In this document: positions 39,129 to 51,874 of the stretch, in pieces | How the letters are laid out: every line of letters begins with the position of its first letter | Numbering within the stretch: position 1 is the first letter of the stretch | NCBI GenBank assembly: GCA_030141605.1 | Contig: JAQGDQ010000790.1 | Coordinates: 31,406 to 95,405, forward strand | Source of the DNA: Tubiluchus corallicola | Lineage: Eukaryota; Animalia; Priapulida | DNA: 64,000 nucleotides | Direction of reading: 5' to 3' | Translations under genes and position numbers: made by a program | The notes under the pieces: model-generated | Database searches by the model: none | Told to the model about the DNA's origin: nothing | What the model saw: only the letters and a program-made list of their open reading frames with translations

Positions 39129-39579
39129 TTTGACATCCACCAAAGTGAGCAGAAGACAGTGCTGTAATGTGATTGGTTGTCTTTTCTCGCACAAACCACA
39201 TTAATTACAAAAATGTATTTCACATCTGCCATTAGTTGTTAGATTGTAACGTACCAGTGGCTGTAACATAATTGTAACATAAAGCTTTTAATTCCAGTGA
39301 GCAGTCTTATTACAAGTTACAGTGTTTTTCTTCTATTTCACGAGTCACAAATTACCTTTGAGTTTTTCTTCCCAAGCAAATAATATCTATGACTTACATG
39401 TGGAAGAAGGTTCCAATGTTATTCCAATGTATACGCTGCTTTTTACAGAAACACACTTTCATTGTTAATGAACAGTATGAAAACACACTACAAAAAATTC
39501 AAAAGATCCATTCTTACCTTTACCATTTGCAATCATAGTTCCATTTACTTCCCCTATGATCTAGGATGTGTTTCAGCGT

Positions 39580-39915
39580 TAGGGGTGAGCATCGAATTAT
39601 CTTTATCACTAAAACGATTGAAACATCATGCAATTAGCATAACTTAGCTGTGATTTCTGCACACAATTTTAAAGAAATTACTAGTAATTTTATTGCAGAA
39701 CAAAATCATTTTATTGCAGAACAAAGTCTAGTGATATGCATGATCTTTGTAAAACTGATTTTTGCTGGTGGTTCGAAAACGTGTTGGAAAATCTTTCGAT
39801 CTCAATTCAAATTCGGTTTGAATTCGAAACACTGATGTTTGGTTCGATTCGAATTCGAAAGTCACAAATTCAATTCGATTTGAATTTACTTTCTGGTAGA
39901 GAATGCTCACCCCTA
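39580..39915. mobile_element. hAT-like MITE; a relative lies at about 10570-10813
   Basis: ttcagcgt|taggggtgagcat ... atgctcaccccta|ttcagtat; internal ttcgaa motifs. Confidence 0.8.
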
Positions 39916-42033
39916 TTCAGTATGTCTTCAACTTCGCTCTGGAAAATTAGTTTGCTACTTAAATAACAACTTATCAATCAATGGATTAAAAACGTAAGAC
40001 GTGCAGTGCACAATTTTCAGTGAGTATTTTTTCTTCTTTTTGTATCTTATGTGCTTAAGTCTTGACTAACTAAATCTAGTGCAAAATTAAAGACTTGTCA
40101 CTGGTGCAACAATAACAGAATAACAACAACAACAATAACACGAAACCTATTCACCAGTGACTATGCAGTACAATAGAAACCGGGCAAGTTGTTGATATTT
40201 ACATTTATTATAAACAACAACCTCATAAAAGAAGCTTCGCAATTTACACTTTAGAAATTGCTTAATGACAATGTTTAATTAAAGCAAAGGCTTTTAACGT
40301 TTCATGTCGTCTCACTGGCAATGTCGTGTATTTTGGTCACGAGGGAAATTGAATATATTGAAGATTTTCGTGGCATGCTTGACCTGTATTTTACTGTATT
40401 TTTATTGTATTTTCTACTGTATTTTTTAAGGAAAGAACAAGCCGCTCAGTATGTTGGGTTCATTTTAGTACCATCGCTTAAACTTAGAAAAATATAACAG
40501 AGAAATTTGCAAAGAACTGCCTATAAAGCATAAATTTAAAATATACTACCTCTAAATAGAAATTTTCAGGTGTGGTCATTGCCGTAATTCACTTGAAAGT
40601 CGTGACGTAATTGGGACACTTTGCAATTTTTCATAAGCCAATCGTAGCTTTCCGTAAGCGCATTGTGGTTTTCCGTAAGCATGCGCTTCTTAAACTAATT
40701 CAAGCTTCTGCAGCTTACCTAATGTTCATGAAAAAGTATTACAAAATTAGCTATCTAATTTTGTAAAAACGTATTATACTTTTGATGAAGAATGACAGTG
40801 TGCTACTTTTCTTCAAAAACGAATAATGTTATTGGAAGAAGAATGACATTGAACATGGGAGCACCCAAGCATGAAGTGATCGCGACTTTAAAGTGATTAA
40901 ACTAATTACATGAGGCGATCTTTAATTAAAGGAAAATGTGACCCAGCTTTGCGTGTATAAAAAATGACCTAATGCCATAAATTATTGAAAGGGAAAATAC
41001 TGTTTGCATGAAAGAATTATTACTATAGAAGCGGAAGTTCCTTCATTTTTCATTGTTGCATTTTGGTAAATCATTCATATTAAGATGGGTGACAATGTCT
41101 GTATCTTGGAAATATGTTGTGTGAAAAACAAACGCCTTACCAGACTAGCAGACCACATCCCAGTCATGGCTTAAGATTTCAGCTGGTGAAGCATGAAAGA
41201 GTTTTTATCTAATTGTTAATGTGAGACTCGTCAGTTCCAAAGAGATGCAGTCTGAAAAGTCTTCCTGCGACCATTTAAGGAATGACCCTTTTCTTTTATG
41301 TGTTTACTATTTTTGATTACTGTTTATTGTAGATATGACGTCATGGACGTGCAAGATGACACCACTTGTTTATTTGATATTGCATCTTATGTGTTGTTAT
41401 TTGTTTGCCTTCAGTTTGCTTGTGTAGCTCGTATTAACCATTTCAGTCCCAAATTATTTTTTTAATAAGAAAAAAATTTTGGCTTGGTACTTTTGTTCAG
41501 TATGTCCATCTTGTTTACACATAATAATTATTTTTTTCTACCTGTACCCGCGTGCTAAATATAGTCTGTATCCCACGGGATACATTGGGATTCAATGGAA
41601 GCATAAAATGTGCTTCATTTTGCAACTGCTGATAATTTTTTAAAGTATTTAAGACATTTAGTATGCACGCTATGCTGATCTGTACAAAGTCATCTCTAAA
41701 GTACTTTACCTTGCTCACTTTTTTATGCTATGTAGATTTTCTAGTTTGCCATTTTATCACTATTTTTAGTCTATTGTTATTGGCTAAAATCAAAATAACT
41801 ATTAACAGATCAAATAACTGTCAGTTTTAAAATTTTATTAATTTTAAGGGTAGAAAATATTCTCATATCCCACGGGATACAACGGGTATGAAAGGGTTGA
41901 TGCTTTAATTAGCCCTTATGGAAGGTGCTTTCATTCTTGATGCGAGTTCCAATGAATTTTAATGAGTGTAATTATTGATTTTTATCATTCTTTGCCTCCT
42001 CGAAAACTTCAGTTTTCTGTTCAACATTTTCAG

Positions 42034-42139
42034 GATGACATCATGTTTCTGACTACGAGAGAAATTTTAGCTGGCGAAGAGTTGAAGGTTTGGTACAGTC
42101 CATCATATGCAGCTACACTGAAGAGATTACCAGTGCCAG
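42034..42139 (+). CDS. PRDM exon: C-terminal part of the PR/SET domain
   Basis: ttcag|DDIMFLTTREILAGEELKVWYSPSYA...LPVP, then G|gtaaac; ELxVWY motif; phase 0 to 1. Confidence 0.95.
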
Positions 42140-43414
42140 GTAAACATTTTAACTTAGGTTGTTACCAGTGCCAGGTAACCATATTAACTTAGGTTATTAC
42201 CAGTGCCAGGTAACCATTTTAACTTAGGGTGTTACCAGTAACAGGTAACCATTTTAACTTAGGGTGTTACCAGTAACAGGTAACCATTTTAACTTAGGGT
42301 GTTACCAGCGACAGGTAACCATTTTAACTTAGGTTGTTACCAGTGCCAGGTAACCATTTTAACTTAGGTTGTTACCAGTGCCAGGTAACCATTTTAACTT
42401 AGGGTGTTACCAGTAACAGGTAACCATTTTAACTTAGGTTGTTACCAGTGCCAGGTAACCATTTTAACTTAGGTTATTACCAGTGCCAGGTAACCATTTT
42501 AACTTAGGTTATTACCAGTGACAGGTAACCATTTTAACTTAGGGTGTTACCAGTAACAGGTAACCATTTTAACTTAGGTTGTTACCAGTGCCAGGTAACC
42601 ATTTTAACTTAGGTTATTACCAGTGCCAGGTAACCATTTTAACTTAGGTTATTACCAGTGCCAGGTAACCATTTTAACTTAGGTTGTTACCAGTGCCAGG
42701 TAACCATTTTAACTTAGGGTGTTACCAGTAACAGGTAACCATTTTAACTTAGGTTGTTACCAGTGCCAGGTAACCATTTTAACTTAGGTTATTACCAGTG
42801 CCAGGTAACCATTTTAACTTAGGTTATTACCAGTGACAGGTAACCATTTTAACTTAGGGTGTTACCAGTAACAGGTAACCATTTTAACTTAGGTTGTTAC
42901 CAGTGCCAGGTAACCATTTTAACTTAGGTTATTACCAGTGCCAGGTAACCATTTTAACTTAGGTTATTACCAGTGACAGGTAACCATTTTAACTTAGGTT
43001 ATTACCAGTGACAGGTAACCATTTTAACTTAGGGTGTTACCAGTGCCAGGTAACCATTTTAACTTAGGGTGTTACCAGTGCCAGGTAACCATTTTAACTT
43101 AGGTTATTACCAGTGCCAGGTAACCATTTTAACTTAGGTTATTACCAGTGACAGGTAACCATTTTAACTTAGGGTGTTACCAGTGACAGGTAACCATTTT
43201 AACTTAGGTTATTGCGAGTGCCAGGTAACCATTTTAACTTAGGTTATTACCAGTGCCAGGTAACCATTTTAACTTAGGTTATTACCAGTGACAGGTAACC
43301 ATTTTAACTTAGGGTGTTACCAGTGACAGGTAACCATTTTAACTTAGGGTGTTACCAGTAACAGGTAACCATTTTAACTTAGGGTGTTACCAGTGACAGG
43401 TAACTGCTTTAACT
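42127..43414 (+). repeat. 35-bp tandem array of about 36 copies, built from the PRDM exon/intron junction
   Basis: Unit ttaccagtgccag|gtaaccattttaacttagg(ttg/tta/gtg); its first 13 nt are the exon end. Confidence 0.97.
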
Positions 43415-43459
43415 GTGAATGAATAGTTTTGTTTTTTAAGTAGGCGGAAAACTGACTCG

Positions 43460-44040
43460 TTAAAGGAAAACCGGACAGTTGATTAAACTCGATCTTGTTT
43501 TAGCTTACTGTTAATATCCAAAATATCATATTCGTCTATAAAAGTTGGCAATTGTTTCTCATATGTGAATATAATTACCTTAGAAAGTAATTTCCTTGGT
43601 AATTGATTGGTAAATTTAACAACAATTGAACACAGCTATCACTTACATCACAAACTAACCACGGTTTGTGCAATGGTAGCCATCTTACCTGCGCATCAAA
43701 CATGTTTGCATAAACGAAGATTGCTATAAGACATTGATGTGATGTCACAAAAATGAACTCTATGTCACTCTGATGCCACAAGTGAACACTGCAGTTCATG
43801 ATCATGCTTATCATGGTACAGCGCCTATTTGTCGGTCATGCAAATGTGACAAAAAGTTGCCATTGCCAGTCTTAGTGGATTTGTTGAGCTTTAAAAGTTT
43901 AACAAAATTTAACTATGTGAGATGATTATTCTCTAATGATTTACTCTAAGCTTTGATTAAAAATCTGTTATGGTTTTTAATATTTTAGAGCAGTCTTTAT
44001 TTTAAACTCGTGTCTATACAATCATGCGGTTTTTCTTTAA
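43460..44040. mobile_element. Kolobok-like MITE
   Basis: ttaa|aggaaaaccg ... cggtttttct|ttaa. Confidence 0.65.
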
Positions 44041-44288
44041 GACATAAAAATGTAATTACTCTGTTTACAGATTTCCTCGCATATTGTTTGAACTAATGTG
44101 TTGTGTGATGTGCTCTTAAAAAATTGAAAAAAAGTCCTGCATTAACAATTTAATAATTTGTTTTTTGCTCATTGGATGGCAGCACATGAAAATTTGAGAA
44201 ATGTTGATCTATTTTACATTTCTGCTATTATTATTTCCGTGCAGCAATGATAATTGCAGAGGATAATAATAATAATTTTATTTTGCAG

Positions 44289-44318
44289 AGGACGACATGA
44301 TGAAGATTGTTATGAAGG
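44289..44318 (+). CDS. PRDM 30-nt micro-exon (E)DDMMKIVMK
   Basis: ttttgcag|AG...AAG G|gtaagt; symmetric phase 1-1 with strong splice sites. Confidence 0.6.
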
Positions 44319-45128
44319 GTAAGTATCAGGTTATGTGAATAATTAAAAAAGTTTAATTACCGTCTTGTCGACATTTTTGCTGTACAAACACCCAACTATT
44401 AGTATAAACCAACCGGCAGAGGTCTCTCATTCACGGTCCGGTGTGTGTAATGTATGTATCTTTCCTGACCCAATAAGTGGCAAATCCTATATGTACTGAT
44501 GCGATGAACGTAAGTTAGGTGTCTATTCACTATTCACATCGAAACTAATATGCAATTTATAAAATATATATTTATATACAATACATAAAAACTTATCAAA
44601 ATGATTTGCACGTCCTACATGGAGTCAATTACGTTTAAACTAACATCCAGAGTAAACTAAATGTTAATCCCGCCACATCCACCGCATTCAACTAAACATA
44701 TCAAATGGGCATCCGCCGTGTTCAAATACATGTAGTAAATAGACGTAAATCGCATCCTCTAAAATGGTCTTCAGTTTAGTGAATAGATGCTCAAAGTTTG
44801 TCCAAGATTACATAGGCCCATCAGTTTAGCACTAGGGTGTTCAATTTACGTCCATTGCATCCATGATTACGCTCAAAATGTCCATCGAAATAGTAAATGT
44901 CCATCACTTCCTTCCAAATATGTCTATCAGTTTAGTGAATGGACACTTAAAATTACATTCATCAAGTCCATTTAATTAGGCAGACTCCCCAATACGTGCT
45001 GTTTGTTAATTTTAAGACGTCCGGATAATGCAATTAGAGACTTTTGTATGCAACTTGTTTTGTGTTGTATTTCTCTTCATAGTGACATGAATTTGAAACT
45101 CTTTCATTTTTCATTTTTTGAACTGCAG

Positions 45129-45280
45129 ACTTAAAGTGTGGAATGCGAGGGAGGCCCAAAAGACAAATACCATGCAAATATTGCGGTGTTTCGACGAATG
45201 GTCGTCAGTCGTTGCTTGAACACATAGCTTCTGTTCACGGGATTGTGTTAAATGTACCGCTACCCCGTCAACAGAATAAG
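45129..45280 (+). CDS. PRDM exon: AT-hook plus first C2H2 finger (not shown in the ORF track)
   Basis: ctgcag|AC TTA AAG.. = (D)LKCGMRGRPKRQIPCKYCGVSTNGRQSLLEHIASVHG...QQNK|gtaaat; phase 1 to 0. Confidence 0.88.
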
Positions 45281-46672
45281 GTAAATCTGTAACATTTTTT
45301 TTGGGAGACTTGTATTTAAAGGAAAACAGGATGATTTTTCACATACTACCCCATTTTAGGGATGAGAATTTTCTCCGAATACGCAGAATTCCGAGTTTCT
45401 GGAAGACCAGTAGTGCCATTTTTGTAAATTGCGTAAATTTGTTGAGAAAATTTTTGAGGGGTGAACCTCGTTTTCGTCCAAATCGTAACCGAAACTTTCT
45501 GTAGCATTTTTTCGAGGTATTTATCCAGCTTACCTTTTATCTCCTAGATGTTAAAAATTGGTGAAAAATTTTAGCTAAAATAGTTCAAATAAAGCATAAA
45601 TATTGTTTATTTGATAATCTGTACTATTTGTAGCATGCCTTTTACGGCAATGTGGCATATCTTCATTGCTGACAAATGTTAAGCTTTGAGGCCTCCAGAC
45701 ACAAACAACCTAAATGCCAAAGCATAATTTGAATAAAACCAAGTTTAATTTTATAATTTATGAAATATAGGCAACAAGATATATACAAAATAAAATTTGT
45801 TAATTTTTTGAAGCTTCACGATCATATGTATCATGTATCCTTGATAGTTGGCTATTTTAAATTATGCATGAAACAATGTATTTGATATTTTAAGTCCACT
45901 TAGAGGCTCTCTATGGTCACAAAATGGCATTTGCTTCGCCCCCTTGAACCCCCATGGCGGCTTTGCCCCTCAACCCCATTGGGGCCTAGGCGGCCCCCAA
46001 ACCCCCAGCCTGTTTCAGAGTTTTTTGCAATTTGTCATTCTCATCCCTGCCCCATTTTCAAGTATGATAAAAAGTGTACATTTTAACACAATTAATACTG
46101 CACACGTGTTTATGATAATTAAATAATAGATAAAAAAACTTAACTAATGGCGGGCAAGCCCAACTATTGATGACAGATTTTTACCGCTGTGCCCCCGCAT
46201 GAGCTGTCGAACGTTTGTAGTTCATCAGAAACTAACACATCTGAACTGAGAGGTACAGCACCTATGTATTGCATTTCCGAAATGCAGGCACTAGTGCCCG
46301 TCTAACCAGCGAATGGTGAAACACGTGTAGCAGCGAAGAACTAGTGGCTGCTGTGTTTGTGTGATAATAATTCCTTCACGTAAGTCATTTTTGAAAAAAC
46401 TGTATGTTTCCTTTCAATATTTTAAAGAGTAGATTATTTAGACCTACTGTTTAAGATTGGGTCCAGTTTTGCCTTAAAGCTAACTTTTTTATTAATGCCA
46501 AAGTAGGTGGCATAACGAGGTTTGACTATTTTGCCATTACATGAACAGGTTGCAATACTCGTAATATGACTGTGTATCGCAGTTGATTGTATCCATAATG
46601 ACTAACCAGTTTTAGGGTTGTATCAATTCAAGCAAAATCAGACATGTAATGGCCAACCATCTTCTTTTTTAG

Positions 46673-49318
46673 CAGAATGACAGCAAGTTGGACATGGATG
46701 ACAGAACTGAGCAGTTACAACTAGATCAGAAACTAGAACATTCCAACAAAAGTCAGTTGAATTCTGACGAAACCGATGCAATCCCAAGCGAAAGAGTATC
46801 ACAAAATAGTTGCGAAGAAACAAATATATATAGTGAAATGGATGCGATGAATGGAGACGAAGATATCTTGCTAAAAACAACGGACGTGGTCATCGAAAGC
46901 AAAGCAGATAGCAATGGTCACGACCACGGTGCCAGTCTCGATGAAAGCGCGTGTCAAGAACACGGAAATTTTAATTATCACGTAACTGATGGAGTACATG
47001 TAGATGCTTCAACGAATGAAAACAGTGACCTCGGAGATAAGGTTTTTAAAAACAATAATGTCGAAGGAGATGATTATGTGCAAGAAAATCATGGTGCAGC
47101 ATGTGGTGGTCTTGTAGATAATTCCTTTAATGAAATGGTAAACCGAGATAAAGATGTGAGCAAAACAGTTGAAGAACAAGTGTCACAACTTTTGGACATT
47201 GATGTTGCAGAAGTAGCAGATACTGACAGAGATAATGAATGCCAAGATCAGATCTCTAAGTTCCCATGTCCAATGTGCAAGGTTGCGTTTCGTCTCCAAG
47301 CGCAGCTGGAAAGACACCTTTGCGAGGCCGATGCTGGTCCGGGCGATTTTCTGTGTTCGCTGTGTCCAAAAACGTTTAATAAACCAAAGTTGCTAGAACT
47401 TCACAAGGAGTACCATGAGAACAAAGAAGCGCACTGTGACTACTGTCACAGAAGCTTTAGGACTCACGAGGATTACCAAACGCACGCTTGCCACACGGAA
47501 ACGATGCAGCATTTCCGATGTGAGCACTGCCGGGCATCGTTCCGAAACTACAGTTATCTAGAAGCGCATTTAGAATCGCACGAACCGCGGCACGTTTGCC
47601 GGCTGTGCGCAACCGCATTCGTTACAGCAGAATATTTGAGCAAACACATTCCGGTATGTCAGGGGCTGAAATCTCTGCGTGAGAATCATGCCACGCAGTG
47701 CCAAATGGAAGACTGTCTCTGTCTTTTTGTGAATGATAAACAATTTCTCGAACATATCGAAACGCATAGAAAACCTTACCGCTGCGAGAAATGTGGCGCC
47801 CATTTTCGCAGGAGGATAACCGAGTGCATCCACGTCTGCGACTCATCGTCAGCAGAAAAAACTGAACATGTGTGTGAACTTTGCAATGAGAAGTTTAAAT
47901 CAAAAAGCATGTTACTGAAACATTGTAGCACGAAACATATCGAGACTGCATCCGCATTCTCTTGCGAGTACTGCAGTAAGAAGTTTCCCCGTAAAGATAC
48001 TCTACTGCGGCACACATGTCCCGTAAACACAGATCCGCTACGCATGCACACGATAGACGGTAAAGAGTACAGAATAGATCACAGGATTTGCGACTCGTGT
48101 GGCGTTTCGTTTTCCAGCAAGAGTGCGTTGAATGCGCATATGAAGATACACGGCGAGCGATCACACGTTTGCCACCTGTGCAACAAGGCATTCCATCGCG
48201 GCGACACTCTAAGAATCCACTACCAGTCGCATAAAACCGAGAAAGATTATGCATGCAAGGTGTGTAATAAAACCTTCAAAACGTTGTCGTCATTGCGTAT
48301 TCATTCTAGAATGCACGACGCTGCTGCAAAACGCCACGTGTGCGACGTGTGCGGGCACTCCTTCTTGCAAAAAGCTAATCTGGTCAAGCACAAGGAAAGA
48401 CATGATGCGTCTCGTTGTTACAAGTGTCAGTATTGCGATAAAACCTTTCTGGATTCGACTTACGTGAAAATCCATGAGCTAGAACACACGTCGTTGACTC
48501 GGTATGCGTGTCATCTCTGCCAGAAGACATTCGTCAAGGTACACTTACTAAACTTTCACATGCGCTACGCTCACGTGAACACGACATTTATCTGCGAGAT
48601 ATGCGGAGTTCCCGTCAAAATGAGGCACAGCTTGAAGCGGCACATGCAGCGGAAACACACGGACTGTAAGCACATCTGGGATAAACCGGACTACTTCCGA
48701 CATCAGAAACCGATCGAGTGCGAACCGGTCGAGAAAAGGACGTTCTTTCGCTCAAAGGCTTCGAGTGTCACACAAGATACTATTATGGATGCAAGCGAAG
48801 GCGCAGTGTTAAATACTGATGACCATGTGTCCAGTGCACTGCCAGTTGGCTTGGAACAGATATTGCTGCTGTCTGAATTCAATGAAGCTGCTGGTAGCGA
48901 AACGATTGAACTTTCGCAAATTGAAAACACGGGTACAGTACAAACTTTTCAGGAATTCGAAGACAGTAGCATTGTACTATGCAGTGAATCGGCTGGAGAA
49001 GTGAATGGTATAAGCATCGACTCTCTAAATGCAGAACAATCCGTGCATTCAAATGAGGAGAATGATCAAGAATTTGCTATTCAGATACCGTCAGATTCAG
49101 AATTTGGGAACATTATAATGGACGACGTTACCAACGACGCCATTGTGGTCGGCGATACCAGTTCAGTTGATACATCGGCTTGGACTACATTGACTGTGAC
49201 AGTTAACGGAGTGCAGACGAGGATCGTACTACCAACTGCAAATCCCAGTCAGGAGGAAATCCAGGAAGTTTTAGAAAAAGTGGCAAAGATGCAGAATTTG
49301 CAGACTGATGTGGAATAA
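46673..49318 (+). CDS. PRDM10/15-like terminal exon: acidic linker, roughly 16 C2H2/C2HC zinc fingers and an acidic tail
   Basis: tttttag|CAG|AAT acceptor in frame with the 876-aa ORF; repeated CxxC...HxxxH and CxxC...HxC motifs; stop TAA at 49316-49318. Confidence 0.95.
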   Translation, partial: QNDSKLDMDDRTEQLQLDQKLEHSNKSQLNSDETDAIPSERVSQNSCEETNIYSEMDAMNGDEDILLKTTDVVIESKADSNGHDHGASLDESACQEHGNFNYHVTDGVHVDASTNENSDLGDKVFKNNNVEGDDYVQENHGAACGGLVDNSFNEMVNRDKDVSKTVEEQVSQLLDIDVAEVADTDRDNECQDQISKFPCPMCKVAFRLQAQLERHLCEADAGPGDFLCSLCPKTFNKPKLLELHKEYHENKEAHCDYCHRSFRTHEDYQTHACHTETMQHFRCEHCRASFRNYSYLEAHLESHEPRHVCRLCATAFVTAEYLSKHIPVCQGLKSLRENHATQCQMEDCLCLFVNDKQFLEHIETHRKPYRCEKCGAHFRRRITECIHVCDSSSAEKTEHVCELCNEKFKSKSMLLKHCSTKHIETASAFSCEYCSKKFPRKDTLLRHTCPVNTDPLRMHTIDGKEYRIDHRICDSCGVSFSSKSALNAHMKIHGERSHVCHLCNKAFHRGDTLRIHYQSHKTEKDYACKVCNKTFKTLSSLRIHSRMHDAAAKRHVCDVCGHSFLQKANLVKHKERHDASRCYKCQYCDKTFLDSTYVKIHELEHTSLTRYACHLCQKTFVKVHLLNFHMRYAHVNTTFICEICGVPVKMRHSLKRHMQRKHTDCKHIWDKPDYFRHQKPIECEPVEKRTFFRSKASSVTQDTIMDASEGAVLNTDDHVSSALPVGLEQILLLSEFNEAAGSETIELSQIENTGTVQTFQEFEDSSIVLCSESAGEVNGISIDSLNAEQSVHSNEENDQEFAIQIPSDSEFGNIIMDDVTNDAIVVGDTSSVDTSAWTTLTVTVNGVQTRIVLPTANPSQEEIQEVLEKVAKMQNLQTDVE

Positions 49319-49378
49319 AGCTTGTAATGCAAGTTTCAGTCGCCTCATTTTGTCTTCGGTTGTTGAGTTTTGTGATTA

Positions 49379-49859
49379 CAGTCAACCTTGGGTATAAGGT
49401 ACTCGGCTTATAAGGGACACTCGCTTATAAGGGACCACCAATACCGGGCCCCAATTTTTCGTAACGTTTTTCCTTATAAAAATCTTTGTATATAAGGTAC
49501 TCACATACAAGAGACTTTCGGTTATAAGGGACGATATCTTCAGATCCCGCATAATAGAAACCCAGGTTAATTACCTTGCATATAAGAGACCTTATGATCA
49601 AAGTGAAATTGATCGATTTTTAACCTCCATTTTTCACAAAATCCTCGAACAGCTCGGTTTCCGCGGTGACATACATCTCGCATCACTGAAGGAGCTTCCT
49701 ACATACCGTTTTCACTGAATATGTAGCAATAATCTATAAAAATATGGGTAAATGTACAAAAACGCACAGGTTTAGATACACCCTCAGTCTGACTCAACTT
49801 TGACTATAAGGGAAGATTTTTTCCGGTCCGGAGGTGTCCCTTATATCCGAGATTGACTG
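49379..49859. mobile_element. pogo/Tigger-like (Tc1/mariner) MITE, 60 bp after the PRDM stop
   Basis: ta|cagtcaaccttgggtataagg ... ccttatatccgagattgactg|ca; repeated tataagg subterminal motifs. Confidence 0.8.
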
Positions 49860-50114
49860 CACTAGTATTATAGCTGTTCTGTCAGTTCAGTTATTTATTT
49901 TCAATCACGTTTTTTAATGAGTGGAGCTACACTCGGTACTATATTAGACAAATAAGGGTATATTATATGCTATATAATCAAAAATGTCTGGTATGGTCCT
50001 GTTCTATTCAAATCTATATAAAAACTGTCAAATAACTCTAATGACTCAAATAACTATAAGTGACTTAATATTTTTGCTTTAGGTACTTAAAATAAGACTG
50101 GTTTTTTGTCATCA

Positions 50115-50228
50115 TTACTTTGCTTTTGTGTACTATAATATCTTTACTTTGCTTTTGTGTACTATAATATCTTTACTTTGCTTTTGTGCACTATAATATC
50201 TTTACTTTTCTTTTGTGCACTATAATAT
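50115..50228. repeat. 29-bp tandem repeat, about 4 copies
   Basis: Unit tactttgcttttgtgtactataatatctt. Confidence 0.9.
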
Positions 50229-51330
50229 AAGTAGAAACAATCATATTAATTACTGTTTTGTTTGTAAACAGTTTATCATGTGCTAAAATGCTAGTAAATC
50301 GTTTTTGCTTTGAACTTGTCACACGCTCGTCCACTGTAACCTTGTTACCCAAGAATTTAGTGGAAGCTGAACTTTTAATCACGTCTAGCTGTTTGCTTTT
50401 GAAGCTCTGGCTGATTTTGCAAGAACGTTTGATCAGTCAACTTAATAGATTCACTTTGGGATGGAAGTGTTTTGACCAAATTAACTGACTGAATCAATTA
50501 GCTGACAGGTTAGCCTATTACTACTATAGAAGTATGAGTCATCTCTCATCACATTAGTATATGCATTGCAAAAGGTTTAAATGAATTTCAGAAACGCATT
50601 AATGCTAAAATTCATAAGTGCAGTTATTAAAGAATGCTAATTTATATAAGTGAAGAAAATAAAAACCGTTCAAATCTGATTATCACCACTGAAAATTGCA
50701 AAAATTCACGCCAGGTTAGTTGATTCATTTCTTCACAAAGAAGTTGATTTATGAAATTCTCGTACTGATAAAAACATTGAAATCTGTTGTTATATGCTGT
50801 ACGTATTCATGCAACACGCGTAGTCACCTAGTGCTTGAGCTGCTTTTGGTAATGACTTTGTTTCCCTTGTGAAATTTGCTGGGAAAGTGATAAAATGTTT
50901 AGCTTCCAGAAACTGCAGCGATGAGCATGTGACAGATCCAAAGCAAAACTGATAAACTAACATATTAGCACATATGATAAACGTACTGTACCTGCTTACA
51001 AACAAATCTGTACCTAACATGACTGTTTCTACGTCTATTGCAGTGCACAGAATCGATGTAAAGACATAAAAGCAGTAAAAGCTCTTTGATCACATGCAAA
51101 TGTCTTATTTTAAGTACGTGAAGGAAAAATATCGAGTCAATTATGCGGAGTTATTTGCTGGTGGTTTTATATATATTTGAATAGGAGCGACCCGTTCCAG
51201 ACATTTTTGAGTTATTTAGGCAACTGATTGTATTAACCGTGAGTCAAAGAAACGACGACTACTGTATCACAATTTCTTCCCAGTCATATAAACTATTATA
51301 AAAAGTCACAGCATTTTACACAGCAATTTT

Positions 51331-51874
51331 TTAAAGCAAAACCGGACGATTGTGTAGATACTAGTTCAAAATAAAGTATGCTCTAAAATATTGAAAACTA
51401 CAACTTTTTTAAATCAAATATCAGATTAAATATTAATTACCTCGGACACTCACATTTTATTAAATTTTCAAAGCTACACGCGGCTCAGTGAATCTACTAA
51501 GATTGGCAACGGCGCTTTTTTGTCACGTTTTTTGCGCCGAAATATAGAAGACGGTACCGTGATCATGAACTGTGGTTTTAGTTTTAATGTGTCATATGAT
51601 GTAGAGCGCATTCTCGTGACATCATGCGTTTAAACAGTACTGTAACACTTATGCAAATGCGCTTGATGTGCAAGGGAAAACGCCTACCATTGCACAAACT
51701 GTGGTTAGTTTCTGATGTAATCAATTGCTGTGTTCGGTTGCCGCTAATTACCTTTCTAACCTAATTATTCAAATATAATAAACAATTGTTAACTTTTTTA
51801 GGCAAGAAAATGTACATTTTGGACAGTAAATTAAAATGAGATTGAGTCTGAACAATCGTCCGGTCTTCCTTTAA
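51331..51874. mobile_element. Kolobok-like MITE
   Basis: ttaa|agcaaaaccggacgattg ... caatcgtccggtcttcct|ttaa. Confidence 0.8.

Noticed and set aside
42127-43414. CRISPR-like appearance (35-bp partly palindromic repeat)
   Set aside because: No unique spacers and no cas genes; the context is a eukaryotic intron.
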